A stretch of 63,975 bases of DNA, counting the filler, from Asterionella formosa (Eukaryota), in the NCBI GenBank assembly GCA_002256025.1. It is 7 parts of 7 records of this genome, joined end to end, with 100 filler letters (N's around TTAATTAATTAA, not from the genome) between each part and the next. Parts side by side here need not be neighbours in the genome. Positions count along the whole stretch, not along the records: positions 37,122 to 46,292 come from NKIB01011014.1; positions 46,393 to 55,561 come from NKIB01011015.1; 5 more parts are not named here. One strand, written 5' to 3'. A model generated the notes under the pieces. That model searched no databases. It saw nothing but the letters and a program-made list of their open reading frames with translations, and was not told the DNA's origin. A program made the translations under genes and the position numbers. Of the stretch, positions 38,312-50,410 are shown in pieces; within the stretch, counting starts at the first letter, position 1; each line of letters opens with the position of its first letter.

Positions 38312-39986
38312 ATGCCTGCAACAAAGATGAATCTAAAAGTCTTCAATCTGCTGAGCTTTGGCTCTGCAGTGGCGTTTTCTTTCAATGCAATCCAATCGCC
38401 GCTAGCTTGCCGTCAAAATCAACGGAGATTGTCTCCTTTACCATTGGCAACTCTCGACGATTCAGGACCGGTCGAGTCGGCTGTCCATCACGATGACGAT
38501 AATATTGGGGCGTGGGTCCCTATTCATTCTGTTTCATCCCTCCGAGGACTTGGACCGCAGCGAATTACAACCATGGGACTCGATTTGGTTGTTTGGGAGG
38601 GTCTAAACGAGACTTGGTCTGTAATGACTGATGCTTGTCCGCATCGGCTAGCGCCCCTTTCGCAAGGGCGAGTAGACACTGAGACGGGATGTATTGAGTG
38701 TCCCTATCACGGATGGCAGTTTGATTTTGAAGGCTCCCTAATGAGGATTCCTCAATTGGAAGAAGGAAAAAACCTATCGAAGGTACCTGCCAAAGCTACG
38801 TACTTCCCTACTCATTTGGCAGGGGATTTGATTTTCGCTTTTATTCCTACAGCCGTTCACGGTGAAATGTTTCTTCAGTCCGTCTTGCCGGAAGAAATGT
38901 TCCCTACATTGAGAGAGGACATGGAACGCAATAAGACTTACTATGTACGGGATCTGCCATATTCTCAGGATATATTGGTGGAGAATTTTTTGGATCCTTC
39001 CCATGTTCCATTTGCTCATCATTCCTTGCAATCAGTTCGATCGGATGGATCTCCGGTTCCTATGATTGCGATTGTCTCCAACTTCACTCATGTCGAGCTT
39101 GCATTCAAGGATAAGTCGCGAGGAAAGGTTCGAGAGTGAGTTGAGAGATCCTATATTGAATAGACTGCACAACCATTGTCATTGTGGACACAATGCAAGC
39201 TTGTTTTTCTCTCACCCCATTCCATGCATTTATTATTGCCCAACCTTTAGTGGTGTTGTATCCTTTCAAAGACCCACTATGTATCACTTTCGAACTAGAA
39301 AGGGCGACGGACAATTCAAAACAGACCTTAATATTCATGTGATACCAGTCAAAGCCGGCCGTTCTCGAGTCATTTTTGCCACTTTAGCATTTGACTATGT
39401 ACCCATTTGGTTTCAACATGCAGCTAGCAATCGATTTTTAAACACGGATACATGGTTACATGATGCAGAGTTGGTATTACGAACAAGATCAACCAAGAAG
39501 CAAAACTACATACTTGCTTCAGGATCAGATACTGGTGTAGTGGCCTTTAGACGATGGTGGTCCAAGCATGGAGCAAGCACTTCTCCACCAAATACATTCG
39601 GGCCAGCTGCCCAGGAATCATTAACGTGCCTCAATCGACAACAACAAATAGATCCTTGGGAGTTCCATGCTCGGCACTGTGCTTCGTGCCGAAAAGCACT
39701 CAAGGTAATGAAACAGGTCGAGCTTGGAGGTTTAGGTACTGCCTTATTTAGTGCCATTGTGTTTCGGAAAATGCCAATTCTCGCTACAGTATTGGCTGCC
39801 ACTGGTATGTATGTGCGGCACTTGTCACAACGATCGCAGACATTGGTCGAAGGGAACCCTTCACCATCTGGAATTAGTGATCGCAGTCCAGCCCATGACC
39901 AGGATTATCAGAAGATGATATTCGAGAGACGCGTGTTTGCTCGCAAACTCAGTAAGGCAGTAAAGGAACAAGACATGCGAGTGTAA
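38312..39986 (+). CDS. Plastid-targeted Rieske non-heme iron oxygenase (pheophorbide a oxygenase/Tic55/PTC52 family), 2 exons
   Basis: Signal peptide with AVAF motif; Rieske CPHRLAPLS...CPYHGW; mononuclear iron site ENFLDPSHVPFAHH; C-terminal HARHCASC. Intron 39136-39250. Confidence 0.92.
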
Positions 39987-40152
39987 TTCAATTGATTGCA
40001 TATGACGACGAAGTGAACAACAGAAACGATAGAATGGAAGGATCCAATGCATAATAAAAGACAACTATTCTCACGTGAAAATGCAATCAGCTCGATAGTA
40101 GCAACAGAACAGCATCCTTGCCTTTATCCACATAAAACGGAATATGAAATAG

Positions 40153-41277
40153 TTAATCCATTTCCGAATTTAACAATCTGACTGCCTTGACAAAGTTTAA
40201 TGGGATGGTTACCATTCGTCCTTCCTTGTTGATGAGAAGATCCATCGAGTTACGCTCAAGTAACTTTCCTCGCAAGACTCGATTTGACTGCCACGGGTCG
40301 ACAGTCTGAACTACAATGTTCTCCCCTCGGTGCTCATCAAACTGACGCTGAGTTTCGAGGATGCCGGGCTCGCCTGGGGCAGACAAAACAATGGTATGCC
40401 GGCCCAAGACATTAAGTTCTTCTTCAGCTTCTTCCAAAGCCTCCAAAATTGCGCGGGCGATGGTCGAAACGGCAGAAGTATCCAGAGTAGGCATGTCTGT
40501 GTCAACCGAAATTGGTTCGTTCTCTATAGCTACTTCTTCTTCATCCGTGAATCCAGCGATATCTTGTCGTGTTTCCCGTGCGACACGAAATGGAGCGTGG
40601 GGATTGTCGTCTAAGGAGTTCCTTTCATCATCTTCGTCTTCTTCCTCATCGGGATCCTTGGGAGCAAATGCGTTCCTCTTTAGCTTTGCTTCTCTTTCTG
40701 TATCTCTCTCCCACAAGAATTCAGGTTCTTCATCAGGCCAGATGTCGGCTGGGTTCGGATCGTCGGGGTCAAAATACATGGGCCCCTGCCTACAACTCAT
40801 AATTTCAATAGCGGGACCTGTTGTGTACGTCTCAACGTTCGAAAGGTCTTCATCCAGTGAAATAAAAAGCTGGGTTAAATACCAAGTCACGTCATCGACT
40901 TGACCGCCCACTGACTTCGCGGCGCTGTAGATGATCTGTTCGGCCATCTGTCTCCATTCCGCATCAATAGGATCTTCGCACCCGTTCGTTTCTCCACGCC
41001 GCCACGGCTGATGAGGAATTGGATGAGCGTTTTCATCGTAATGCAGTTCAGGAATGTCTTCAGGAGAAATGGTTTCGATTTCAGCTCCAATGTCTTCCTC
41101 TGTGGGCCCATCAAGGTCAACAACTCTGGAGGGAGCTCGCCTTCCCTGTTTCTTGGCAAATAATGTCAAGGTTGCTCCAAAACAAGGACGCGGGCTGCTC
41201 ATGAAAGCATCGACGCTGCAGATAACTAGAAGTGACGCTACAAGGATATGAAGGAGGAACATACCGGTAATCACCAT
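40153..41277 (-). CDS. rimP: Plastid-targeted RimP-like ribosome maturation factor with a long acidic insertion
   Basis: Signal peptide with VDAF motif; IVLSAPG...LETQRQF..HRGENIVVQT...LRGKLLER...VTIPLNFVKAVRL matches the RimP C-terminal pattern. Confidence 0.75.
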   Translation of the reverse strand: MVITGMFLLHILVASLLVICSVDAFMSSPRPCFGATLTLFAKKQGRRAPSRVVDLDGPTEEDIGAEIETISPEDIPELHYDENAHPIPHQPWRRGETNGCEDPIDAEWRQMAEQIIYSAAKSVGGQVDDVTWYLTQLFISLDEDLSNVETYTTGPAIEIMSCRQGPMYFDPDDPNPADIWPDEEPEFLWERDTEREAKLKRNAFAPKDPDEEEDEDDERNSLDDNPHAPFRVARETRQDIAGFTDEEEVAIENEPISVDTDMPTLDTSAVSTIARAILEALEEAEEELNVLGRHTIVLSAPGEPGILETQRQFDEHRGENIVVQTVDPWQSNRVLRGKLLERNSMDLLINKEGRMVTIPLNFVKAVRLLNSEMD

Positions 41278-41750
41278 GATCGATGTTCCACAACTGCCGG
41301 AACCTGGTATCNNNNNNNNNNNNNNNNNNNNNNNNNNNNNNNNNNNNNNNNNNNNNNNNNNNNNNNNNNNNNNNNNNNNNNNNNNNNNNNNNNNNNNNNN
41401 NNNNNNNNNNNNNNNNNNNNNNNNNNNNNNNNNNNNNNNNNNNNNNNNNNNNNNNNNNNNNNNNNNNNNNNNNNNNNNNNNNNNNNNNNNNNNNNNNNNN
41501 NNNNNNNNNNNNNNNNNNNNNNNNNNNNNNNNNNNNNNNNNNNNNNNNNNNNNNNNNNNNNNNNNNNNNNNNNNNNNNNNNNNNNNNNNNNNNNNNNNNN
41601 NNNNNNNNNNNNNNNNNNNNNNNNNNNNNNNNNNNNNNNNNNNNNNNNNNNNNNNNNNNNNNNNNNNNNNNNNNNNNNNNNNNNNNNNNNNNNNNNNNNN
41701 NNNNNNNNNNNNNNNNNNNNNNNNNNNNTCATCAGGGAAGGTTGAAAAAT

Positions 41751-42851
41751 GGGTCCATATCTGTAGATTCTACATACATACAATAATACCGGTAGAATTG
41801 TATGATAGCTCCAATATTTTTGGCCCATTCGACCATTTCTGCAAATGTAGTAGAATAGAACACAAAACTATAGATCAATAATTTTTGAAGCATCAATTAG
41901 TACTAGCCTAGCTACAGGATTGTATTCATTGTGCTCCATGGCCCAGAAAACATGGTGGGGCAGTGGCAAGCTTTGTTAGGGTGCTGGTGGTCATGCACAA
42001 GTCTTGTAAACAAAGGTTAGTCATCAGTGTTTGTCTTGCAGGTGGGTCAAGAACCTGGATTTTCATTGTGTCTTCCCTAAAATTTGTCTGAGCATTCCTC
42101 AACTGAATGATGCTGTTTGACGGATTTTGGTCATTGTGGTCAAGCTCAATGAGTTTCTTGTCAATTCTTGTGGTTCTTTCATCTGTTTGTTGTTCAGAAT
42201 GTATTGTGTATGTACGGTTGTAGGGAAACCGTATGTTTTGATCTGATTTGGATGCTGACATTGTAAAAAGCCTTACTCAGTTCAACTATGCGTTGTTGAA
42301 TGGATTTTGGTCATTTTGGTCAATCTCCATGAGTTTCTGGTTATATGTTGTGGGTTTTTCATCTGCTTGTAACATGTTGTATACTGTAAAGCTACAGTGT
42401 CGGCGCTCAAATGGTCTCATTTTGGTAGAGATTTACATATACATTGCCCTCCATGGAGAGAGAGGGTGCTTACCAGTGCTTGTAGGATTGCTGTGATGAT
42501 AGTACTAGCTTAGCTAGTCTATGCCATTTACATTTGGATGTGTTAACGAAATTGTGTACTTATGATACACAAAATAATACATTTTATACATGAAATATCA
42601 CAGTTTTCCCAGCAATTCATCAACAAATGGAGCTTATTGCTGTTGGATGCTACCACTCTGCCTGTAGGTCGACCATATGTGACAGGAAATGCACTGACAG
42701 GAAGTCAGCTCTGAGAAGCCATTGTTAATAATGGCCAAACCATGAATTATTCTATATCAATGTTGCTTTGTATATAGCTGTATACATACATGACAGAAAT
42801 TGTTGAATTTACCAAGCATACTATGTGTGTAAAATCTACAAATACAGACCC
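41751..42851. mobile_element. Old ~1.1-kb TIR element remnant with an internal 180-bp-period duplication
   Basis: 41751-41780 matches the reverse complement of 42822-42851 at 25/30 positions. 42122-42190 is repeated at 42302-42370. Confidence 0.45.
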
Positions 42852-43304
42852 TTGCCTTGAACTGGATAGTTGTCAATAACACCTCTCTGACACATATTTT
42901 AAATATTATTTTTTCTAGCTTGGACAAAGCTAAAAAAGATTTCAAACTTGGAACAGAATAATTTCTTCAAGATGGACATACACCACTGTCTGATGTTATG
43001 TGGTCAGCTTCCTAAGCAAAATGACTGCAACTTGTTGCTAGATCTGTAATCATTCAGGAGTGTGTGGGTCTCAATTACCTGAATAAGTTTTCACACAAAA
43101 TTTACAATCTTATCATTGTCCAGGATTCAGCAATGAATAGGCAGAATAGGCAGAATCTTCGAAAGGTCTACTGATGGGAACTCCTGGTAAATATGTTCCA
43201 GAAGTGTGGAAAAAATCGTTTGTTTGATTGAGAGGAAGTATATGTGATGGTCGATCTTATTCGTGGTTTCTCTAGACATGGAGTAGTGGTAGTGTAGATC
43301 TGAT

Positions 43305-43910
43305 TCATTTAAGCAGCTTCCCCACGAAACCACGTCCTTGCAAGTTGATGGTTCCTTGTGATCCTGGAGGAACAGGAGAAATTCGTCCAACGAGATCAGT
43401 GCTATTTCGTGTGGAGGCAATCCCATCTGTATCGAGCCTCGCTGACACCGTCAATGGCAAATGCTCCCATCCATTCCATTGTTGGCCTTCTGGTGTTGCA
43501 TCGTTCAATCCAAGGATCACACGAAAATCTTTCGGAAAGTCCACTTTCTTGGTCAAGACTGGGGGAACCTTTGCATACTTCATAATCAATTCAGGAGGAA
43601 TTTGATCGTCAGAAACAATCACAGGCCGAGCAGTTACAAACAATGCCGTATCTGGTCCCAACAGCTGCTCCTTATCTATTTTGGAAGGCAATATTACTTG
43701 GATGCTCAATTGAAAAGGCGGTATCTCGTCCTCAGCACTTGAAACTTGATGAAGGCCAAAAATAGTTGGAAAACACGCCAGTCCTAAAATGAATCCTCGT
43801 CGACTTGTGTCGGCCAAGGCGTGAATTCGATCATCGCTGTGACTATTTATTGATAGAGGGAATGATGGATGCAAGATAGAAATGAAGCAAAAGAAGCGGA
43901 TGAGCATCAT
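43305..43910 (-). CDS. Plastid/thylakoid-lumen-targeted protein with a CcmI/CycH C-terminal-like domain
   Basis: Signal peptide, then twin-Arg SRRGFILGLACF...SSA|ED. Mature part LFVTARP...PPVL...FP..F...L..ND.TPEG...LTVSARLDTDGIASTR..DLVGR. Confidence 0.7.
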   Translation of the reverse strand: MMLIRFFCFISILHPSFPLSINSHSDDRIHALADTSRRGFILGLACFPTIFGLHQVSSAEDEIPPFQLSIQVILPSKIDKEQLLGPDTALFVTARPVIVSDDQIPPELIMKYAKVPPVLTKKVDFPKDFRVILGLNDATPEGQQWNGWEHLPLTVSARLDTDGIASTRNSTDLVGRISPVPPGSQGTINLQGRGFVGKLLK

Positions 43911-46900
43911 GGCGGCATCAATTGTTGCATTGGCTGATTCTGATGACAAACATAGGAAGGATACACTTTTAGTATCAGGTACTCGGAATACAACATTATT
44001 TAAATGTATCTTGTGGTCAAGTACGACAGTGATGATTCGTGTTCGAGGTCGAAGGGAGGATATACCGGTATGGTAGTATTTTGGTTACCAATATATATAA
44101 AAGCAATTCCCGCTCCAGCTATCGTCTTGCCATTCCGGTACTTCTAAGTAATTTTTAGGCTCTAAGTAGTTTCTTAAGTAATATATATTTAAGGGCAATA
44201 TGGGGCACATCGAATTTTTCGGCAATAAAATTGCCGATTTTAGCATGACAACCAGAATAACGGTAATATGCATAGAGATGGTACAACAAGCATAAAAAAC
44301 ACAAGAATGATTGTAACATGCAACATCAATGAAAATTGAACATGATGTTTGGAGCAACTAAAGTATGAAATGCGATGTAATAAGTAGCATCAAATGAGAA
44401 ATAGAAAAAATTGTTTTGGGTTAGAAATGAAATAAAAAATTAGAGTTCCAATGGAGACGTATGCATTGTGAATCATTGTAGTACTTACACAGGCAACATT
44501 GACTTTCCATCTCCATACTATCGAAGACTGAAAGAAGAAGAAAAAAGCTCAACCCAGTGTAGACCTGCATCATTATTTAGCGTCAATGGTCTGGTTGCTG
44601 CAATCATGCGCATCGCTGTAGTAGCCTGACACCAGTAGCAGTATTTCCGCCACATTCATTCCTCTCTGCCCACTTACTAACAGGCAACCCTGATCATTCC
44701 ATTCTGAGAGAGCGTGATTGCCACGCTGCTCCAGCACTATTGACTCTCTCTAGCTGAGTATTCATGTAGCTTCTGATAAGAACTCGTAGTAGAATTGTAG
44801 CAAAGCGCGTTAGTACAAGAAATGCATTGCTTGGCGGCAATATTGACATCATTGTCAAGGACTATACAAATCAACAAATACGATCAACAACGGCACAATA
44901 CCACATCTTCAATGAGTAGTCATTGATAAATGCATTGGTTCTTATGTAGATATGTACAATCGAAAAAAACGACAGTGCGGAACGACAAACAATGATGGAA
45001 GCGATCTAAACAAACCATGGAAGCAATCAAATCGGAAAGTCGGCCCGATAAATACGATCTACAATCCACATTCAGTGTTTCACTGTTGTACTCACTGATC
45101 TGCTTCAACTAGCATAACAAAGACGAACATTGCCTATTGCAAGCCCGAATAGAGCAAAGGCAGGCAAGATAGAGTGAGAACTATATTTGTGAAGACGAAA
45201 TCGGGCATATGGTACGTAAAATCAATAAATATATGTGAACGATGTAATTCAACATTTCAGGTCTCGTAAAAATAATACTGAGTCTACAGAGATAATATTA
45301 TAACGTGTTCAAAGTAAGCGTTAAAGCATGCATGGTTGTTTTTAGTACCACGTACGTATGTAGACTAGATGACTCCCGGTACCGGTAGAATATCCGTTAA
45401 GCATCATAACATACATGACCGGAGCAAAAACTTGCCACCAACATCAGATGCATCGATATCATCGTTCGTCCGACGAAAAATGGACGATGCGACTACATGA
45501 ATGCCTCGAGAAGACAAGCAAACCAACAACCAACTGCATCCGTTAGACAACAAATTGCTACTGATGTCAACATGGAACTGATTTCGCTTCAAACCGGTCA
45601 TGATGGACGACGATTGGCATGGTGAAAGGTGAATTGCCGGATTCCACTTTTCAGGAGACGAACGAAAACGAGGTGAATTCTACATATAAATTATTAAAAA
45701 TCTGTTTATTATATAAAATGGTTTCCTTAAGTAGACCCCTTGCCGATTTCGGCAATCCCAGGGCTGGAAAACCGAGTGGCAATTGGCGTCTGTTGTCTTG
45801 CCAAAAAGCGAACATATGAAATAAACAAAATAGATTTTAATGATGGGCAATATCGGACCTTTGGCAATTTTCGAGGTGAAGATAGGAAATATTCAAAATA
45901 TATTTTATATGAATGGCAATAGTAGGCTAAAATTGATATTTATGCTTAATTTGTGGGCACTAGGTAAGCGAATGACGCGACGATAGCTAGAGCGGGAATT
46001 GCCTCAACAATACCCTTCTCGGCGGCTACTTGCCTTCTCGTATACATGTGTACTCGACTGGGATGGCACTCGTAGGGTGACCTTCTCACAGCGCCGGGGG
46101 CGCCACTCGTATGGTCAACCTACTCGCGCGACCCAGCCTCGAACACATGTATACTCGCAGGCAAGAGACCACCTCGGGCGTGTATTGCCTTCAGCAAGAG
46201 CTTGTATGTACATCATACCAGGTATATTCCAAATAGGGTAACAGGTATCGGTATACCAACCTACCTGACTACCGGTATTGCTTACTGAACTANNNNNNNN
46301 NNNNNNNNNNNNNNNNNNNNNNNNNNNNNNNNNNNNTTAATTAATTAANNNNNNNNNNNNNNNNNNNNNNNNNNNNNNNNNNNNNNNNNNNNTACTACCT
46401 GGTACCGGTAGTAACTCGTCAGCCTGGCTAATTATCGCGCCAGTTAAATTCATAAAAGCAATATCATGATAACTACCGGGTAGGTATGCCAGAACATATG
46501 GTGTTCTGTTGCTCGCTTATTACTCCGACTATTGGTTTTAGTTTTACGATCATACAATCCTAGAACTATGATGATTTATTGTCCCACTGCAGTAGCAACA
46601 GTCCTGAACATATGGTGTTCTGTTGCTAGTTTACTACTCCGACTACCCCCACCAGCATATCACTTACTACCTGCTACTGGTACTCTGTATATATATATGA
46701 TATATTGTTATTGTCATATGATGTACCGGTACACATGAAGAGCTCCCGCCCAAAAAGGGGGCTTAAACAATTTGCCACCATAACCCTGGCGGTTATGACT
46801 TACACGGTTCACGTAGTCGTGGAAAACAATGGACATATAGTGCATTGAGTATTTTCGAATTATGTATATGCGAGTATGATCATCTCAACCATATCAGATG

Positions 46901-47446
46901 TTCCATATCGAGAGCGCCTTTGAATTTTATAAAATGTATTACGCTATATATATATATATATTTACAAATTTTATTACTATATTCATGGCCAATATATTTT
47001 TCAAATCGTTCTGTCACGTTAACAATCAATGCCTGCTGCTTCATGAAAAGATACGTCGTAGTAAAGCACATGACAGCAAAGAAAGTTTACGCAATACATA
47101 ACGAAAAACATTGTGACTTCGACACATTGCGCATTCGAAGGATGGAGAATGTTTAAGGTAATGAAGCCATCAATGTGCGTGGTACTTGGATGACAATCGT
47201 TGGGAGGCAGGCAGGCAGCACAACAACAAATTGTTAACTAAACGCACATTTCCTTTTTTCTCAGTTGATTCAACAGCTAAAACAAAACCAAACCAAATTG
47301 CGTAAGTGCTCTTGTCGCTCGTTGGACCTATTCACTTCTGTTGGAACAAAGCTATCATGACTACTAGCTAACAAATCATTCCTTCTCATTGTTTCTGTAA
47401 CTGCATAGGACCATAAAACCAATCAAACAACGGAATAGTCGGCGAA

Positions 47447-47904
47447 AAATGCTAGTATGGCTTGTCAGCTCACGCATTGTTGTTGACAACAGGCAGGGAC
47501 AATGAGGTCCGGAATGGAAGTTGTTCTGGTAAGATTACTGCGCTATTTTGACGGCTATATGAGCAACGCTACTGATAACTCACACTGATCTTCCTCTACA
47601 TTCAATTGACATTGCAGCAACCCCTTTCAATTCAGGAGCATTCGGATGAAATCCAAAAGAACTCTGCAATACAGTTGAATGGTGAGTGTGTTCTTGTTGT
47701 GTACCTAAATGCTAGTATGGCTTGTCAGCTCACGCATTGTTGTTGACAACAGGCAGGGACAATGAGGTCCGGAATGGAAGTTGTTCTGGTAAGATTACTG
47801 CGCTATTTTGACGGCTATATGAGCAACGCTACTGATATCTCACACTGATCTTCCTCTACATTCAATTGACATTGCAGCAAACCCTTTCAGTGCAGGAGCA
47901 TTCG
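47447..47904 (+). repeat. Direct duplication, ~198 bp with a 260-bp period
   Basis: 47447-47644 and 47707-47904 are nearly identical. Confidence 0.92.
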
Positions 47905-48253
47905 CATGCCGTTCCGAATGAGCAGGCTTTATTTCATTAATGAAACTCTTAAATTTAGTTGAATGAACTCCAGAAAATTACGTAAACAAATGTTACATAT
48001 TAAGTGAACTTTATTCTAGAATTATGTGAACGAAATTACAGAATTACGTGAAGTATTTCAAATAATTATGTGAAGTATTTCAAATAATTATGTGAACGTG
48101 ATCACATAATATAGTGATGATCAGGAATGCATGCATGATACTTTGATCAAATATTTAACGTGATGTATTCAGATAATATATAGATATATTCAACTACGTA
48201 TTTTGATGTATTCAACTAATTCATGTGATGCATTCAAAATCAACTAGGCTTAT

Positions 48254-49486
48254 TTATGTGATGGTCACTTCACGTAATACGCGGCTTAGATGAAGGGTGA
48301 TTGGATTGACGGTAGGGATCGGTGTTATAATATGTGTCGGACTCATCGTTGGGCCAGGTGTCGGTGTTGATATAGGGTTCGTGGTCGGCTCATGGCTGGT
48401 TGGTATGTGGGTAGGAGGGAGAGGTGTTGGAACAGGTGTTGGACTTGTCGTTGATCCTAATATGTTTGGAGATGCAGAGGTCATGGTCGGTGCGTGAGAT
48501 GGGTTTTTGGTAGTGGGTCGCGGTGACGCCAAAAGTTCATCGGAAGTCATCAAATCGACAGGGGATAGCACTGGTGATATCTCTATTGGATTCATATTAG
48601 GTGGTGCGCGATTTAATGGACTCGTTGTTCCAACTGTCGGTAAAGTTGTAGGGCTTGGGACCGGTGGAAGCGTGGTTGGCTTACTGGTTGGGAGAGGCGT
48701 CGGAATAGATGTTGGACTAGTCGTTGGTCCTGGCGTCATTAAAGACGCAGGGATATTGGTTGGTGCAAACGTCGGTTTCTTGTCTGGTTCTTTTGTTGTG
48801 GGTTGAGGGGGCGCCAAAAGTTGCCCGATAGTCATCAACTCGACAGGTGATAAAACTGGTGATATTTCTTCTGGGTTCGGTATAAATGCTGGAGCTGTTT
48901 GTAGTTGTCTAGGATCGTTGGATTCATTTGGATTCTTCTGTGTATTCTGTATCCTTTCCATTATGATATCTTGTTTGGTTTGGATGACAATACTTGTTTG
49001 TATTTGATCTCGGGATGTGCCAGCACTAACACCAAGCAAACAGTCATTTGTGGAAGATTTTTGTTCGGGTTGACCATTTTTATTCGCTTCTGCTTGCTTC
49101 GGATCTAGAAAAAGCCTCTCTGTTTGCTCCTTTTCCTTCTCGTCTTGCGACCATTTCAGATAATATGTAGAATCAGCAGTGAGAAAACCCCTGTACATTG
49201 TGAAACTTGTCAAGTGATGTTGGAGATGCTGAAGCAAGGACACTCTTCCCAATGTCGCGGTTTCCTCCATGTCCTGCCGCTCAAAGATATCACTTTTAAG
49301 TTCTGAATTCATGGTACTATGCTCGAGAGGCGTCCAGGCATATGCTGGAACAATGCAAACACCGATAACGAATAACAACCAGAACAAAGCGCTGATCTTT
49401 CCATGGCGCCATTTCGTTGACGGGATAGAATGACTTTTCAATCGGGGGTTGCATACAGATGAAATCCTAGAGGGAAGTTTGTTCAT
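48254..49486 (-). CDS. Secreted or membrane Pro/Thr-repeat (mucin-like) protein, probably 3'-truncated
   Basis: Hydrophobic N-terminal segment; RQL motif before the repeats; two ISPVLSPV.LMT..LLA.P.PTTK units; PT repeats end abruptly into AT-rich repeat DNA. Confidence 0.7.
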   Translation of the reverse strand: MNKLPSRISSVCNPRLKSHSIPSTKWRHGKISALFWLLFVIGVCIVPAYAWTPLEHSTMNSELKSDIFERQDMEETATLGRVSLLQHLQHHLTSFTMYRGFLTADSTYYLKWSQDEKEKEQTERLFLDPKQAEANKNGQPEQKSSTNDCLLGVSAGTSRDQIQTSIVIQTKQDIIMERIQNTQKNPNESNDPRQLQTAPAFIPNPEEISPVLSPVELMTIGQLLAPPQPTTKEPDKKPTFAPTNIPASLMTPGPTTSPTSIPTPLPTSKPTTLPPVPSPTTLPTVGTTSPLNRAPPNMNPIEISPVLSPVDLMTSDELLASPRPTTKNPSHAPTMTSASPNILGSTTSPTPVPTPLPPTHIPTSHEPTTNPISTPTPGPTMSPTHIITPIPTVNPITLHLSRVLREVTIT

Positions 49487-50410
49487 TTTTGCTATCGTGG
49501 TGTCACTTTAACCTTTGCTTTGGCAAGATGTTGTCATGAACGGAGCAGTAGTAAAAATGAAGTGATTTTGAAATGTCCTGGTGAAATTTTATTTTTTCTC
49601 TCTATTATGTTGTACATACATATTATACACATATATCAATAAAAATGATTTTAAAATAGTCGGCCATGCATGCATGGGCTAATTAAATTTAGCCATACAA
49701 ATATTACAGGTCGCCAACAAGAACCTACAGTAGTCTAGGTACAGTATTTATTTTGTCATTCACGATGGCCTTGTTTCGCTGTGTGTTGCTTTATTTATTC
49801 ACTGATGGTTCGTTTTCACAATATTATACGTATTATACATAGTGCATCATACTATGCCATGTAGTACATATGTAGAGGTATACCGATCACCAATCATAAT
49901 GCAATATTACTACCGGTACCCCGGTGAACCTCTCGGTCATACATCCCGGTGTTATATTACCCCCCAGTACTTACTACCGGTAGACTACCGGTACATATAA
50001 ATACAGGTCCTGATTATACGTACCGGTAGTGACTCTATTGATACTTTTGCTTTCACGAGTAACGAAAACCCGGGATTCGCTGACATCATACACAACAACA
50101 ACACCAATGACAAGCAGACAACACATCTTCCAGTAAAAACAGCAGATATTCTATCGGAACACCAAGTTTTATGCAGGCGTGCCAGGTGTACCTGATAATG
50201 CCTTTCAGCAGTCAAGGTATTCTCCATCAGCTACTACCGGTGGATCTAGTTTAATAGAAATTGAGGTATATACCGTTATAGGTACCAGGTACCTGGTACC
50301 GTTACACCGGGACTACTACCGGTATGTGCAGCTTGTTTCAATGCTACATATGGTATGTATGATGATGACCAACACCGGTATATGTACTCAGGGGGGTACC
50401 AACCAGGTTC

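Noticed and set aside
44200..45960. Possible transposon bounded by TTGCCGA/TCGGCAA hairpins
   Set aside because: Short hairpins exist near both ends, but I could not define matching TIRs, a TSD or coding remnants.
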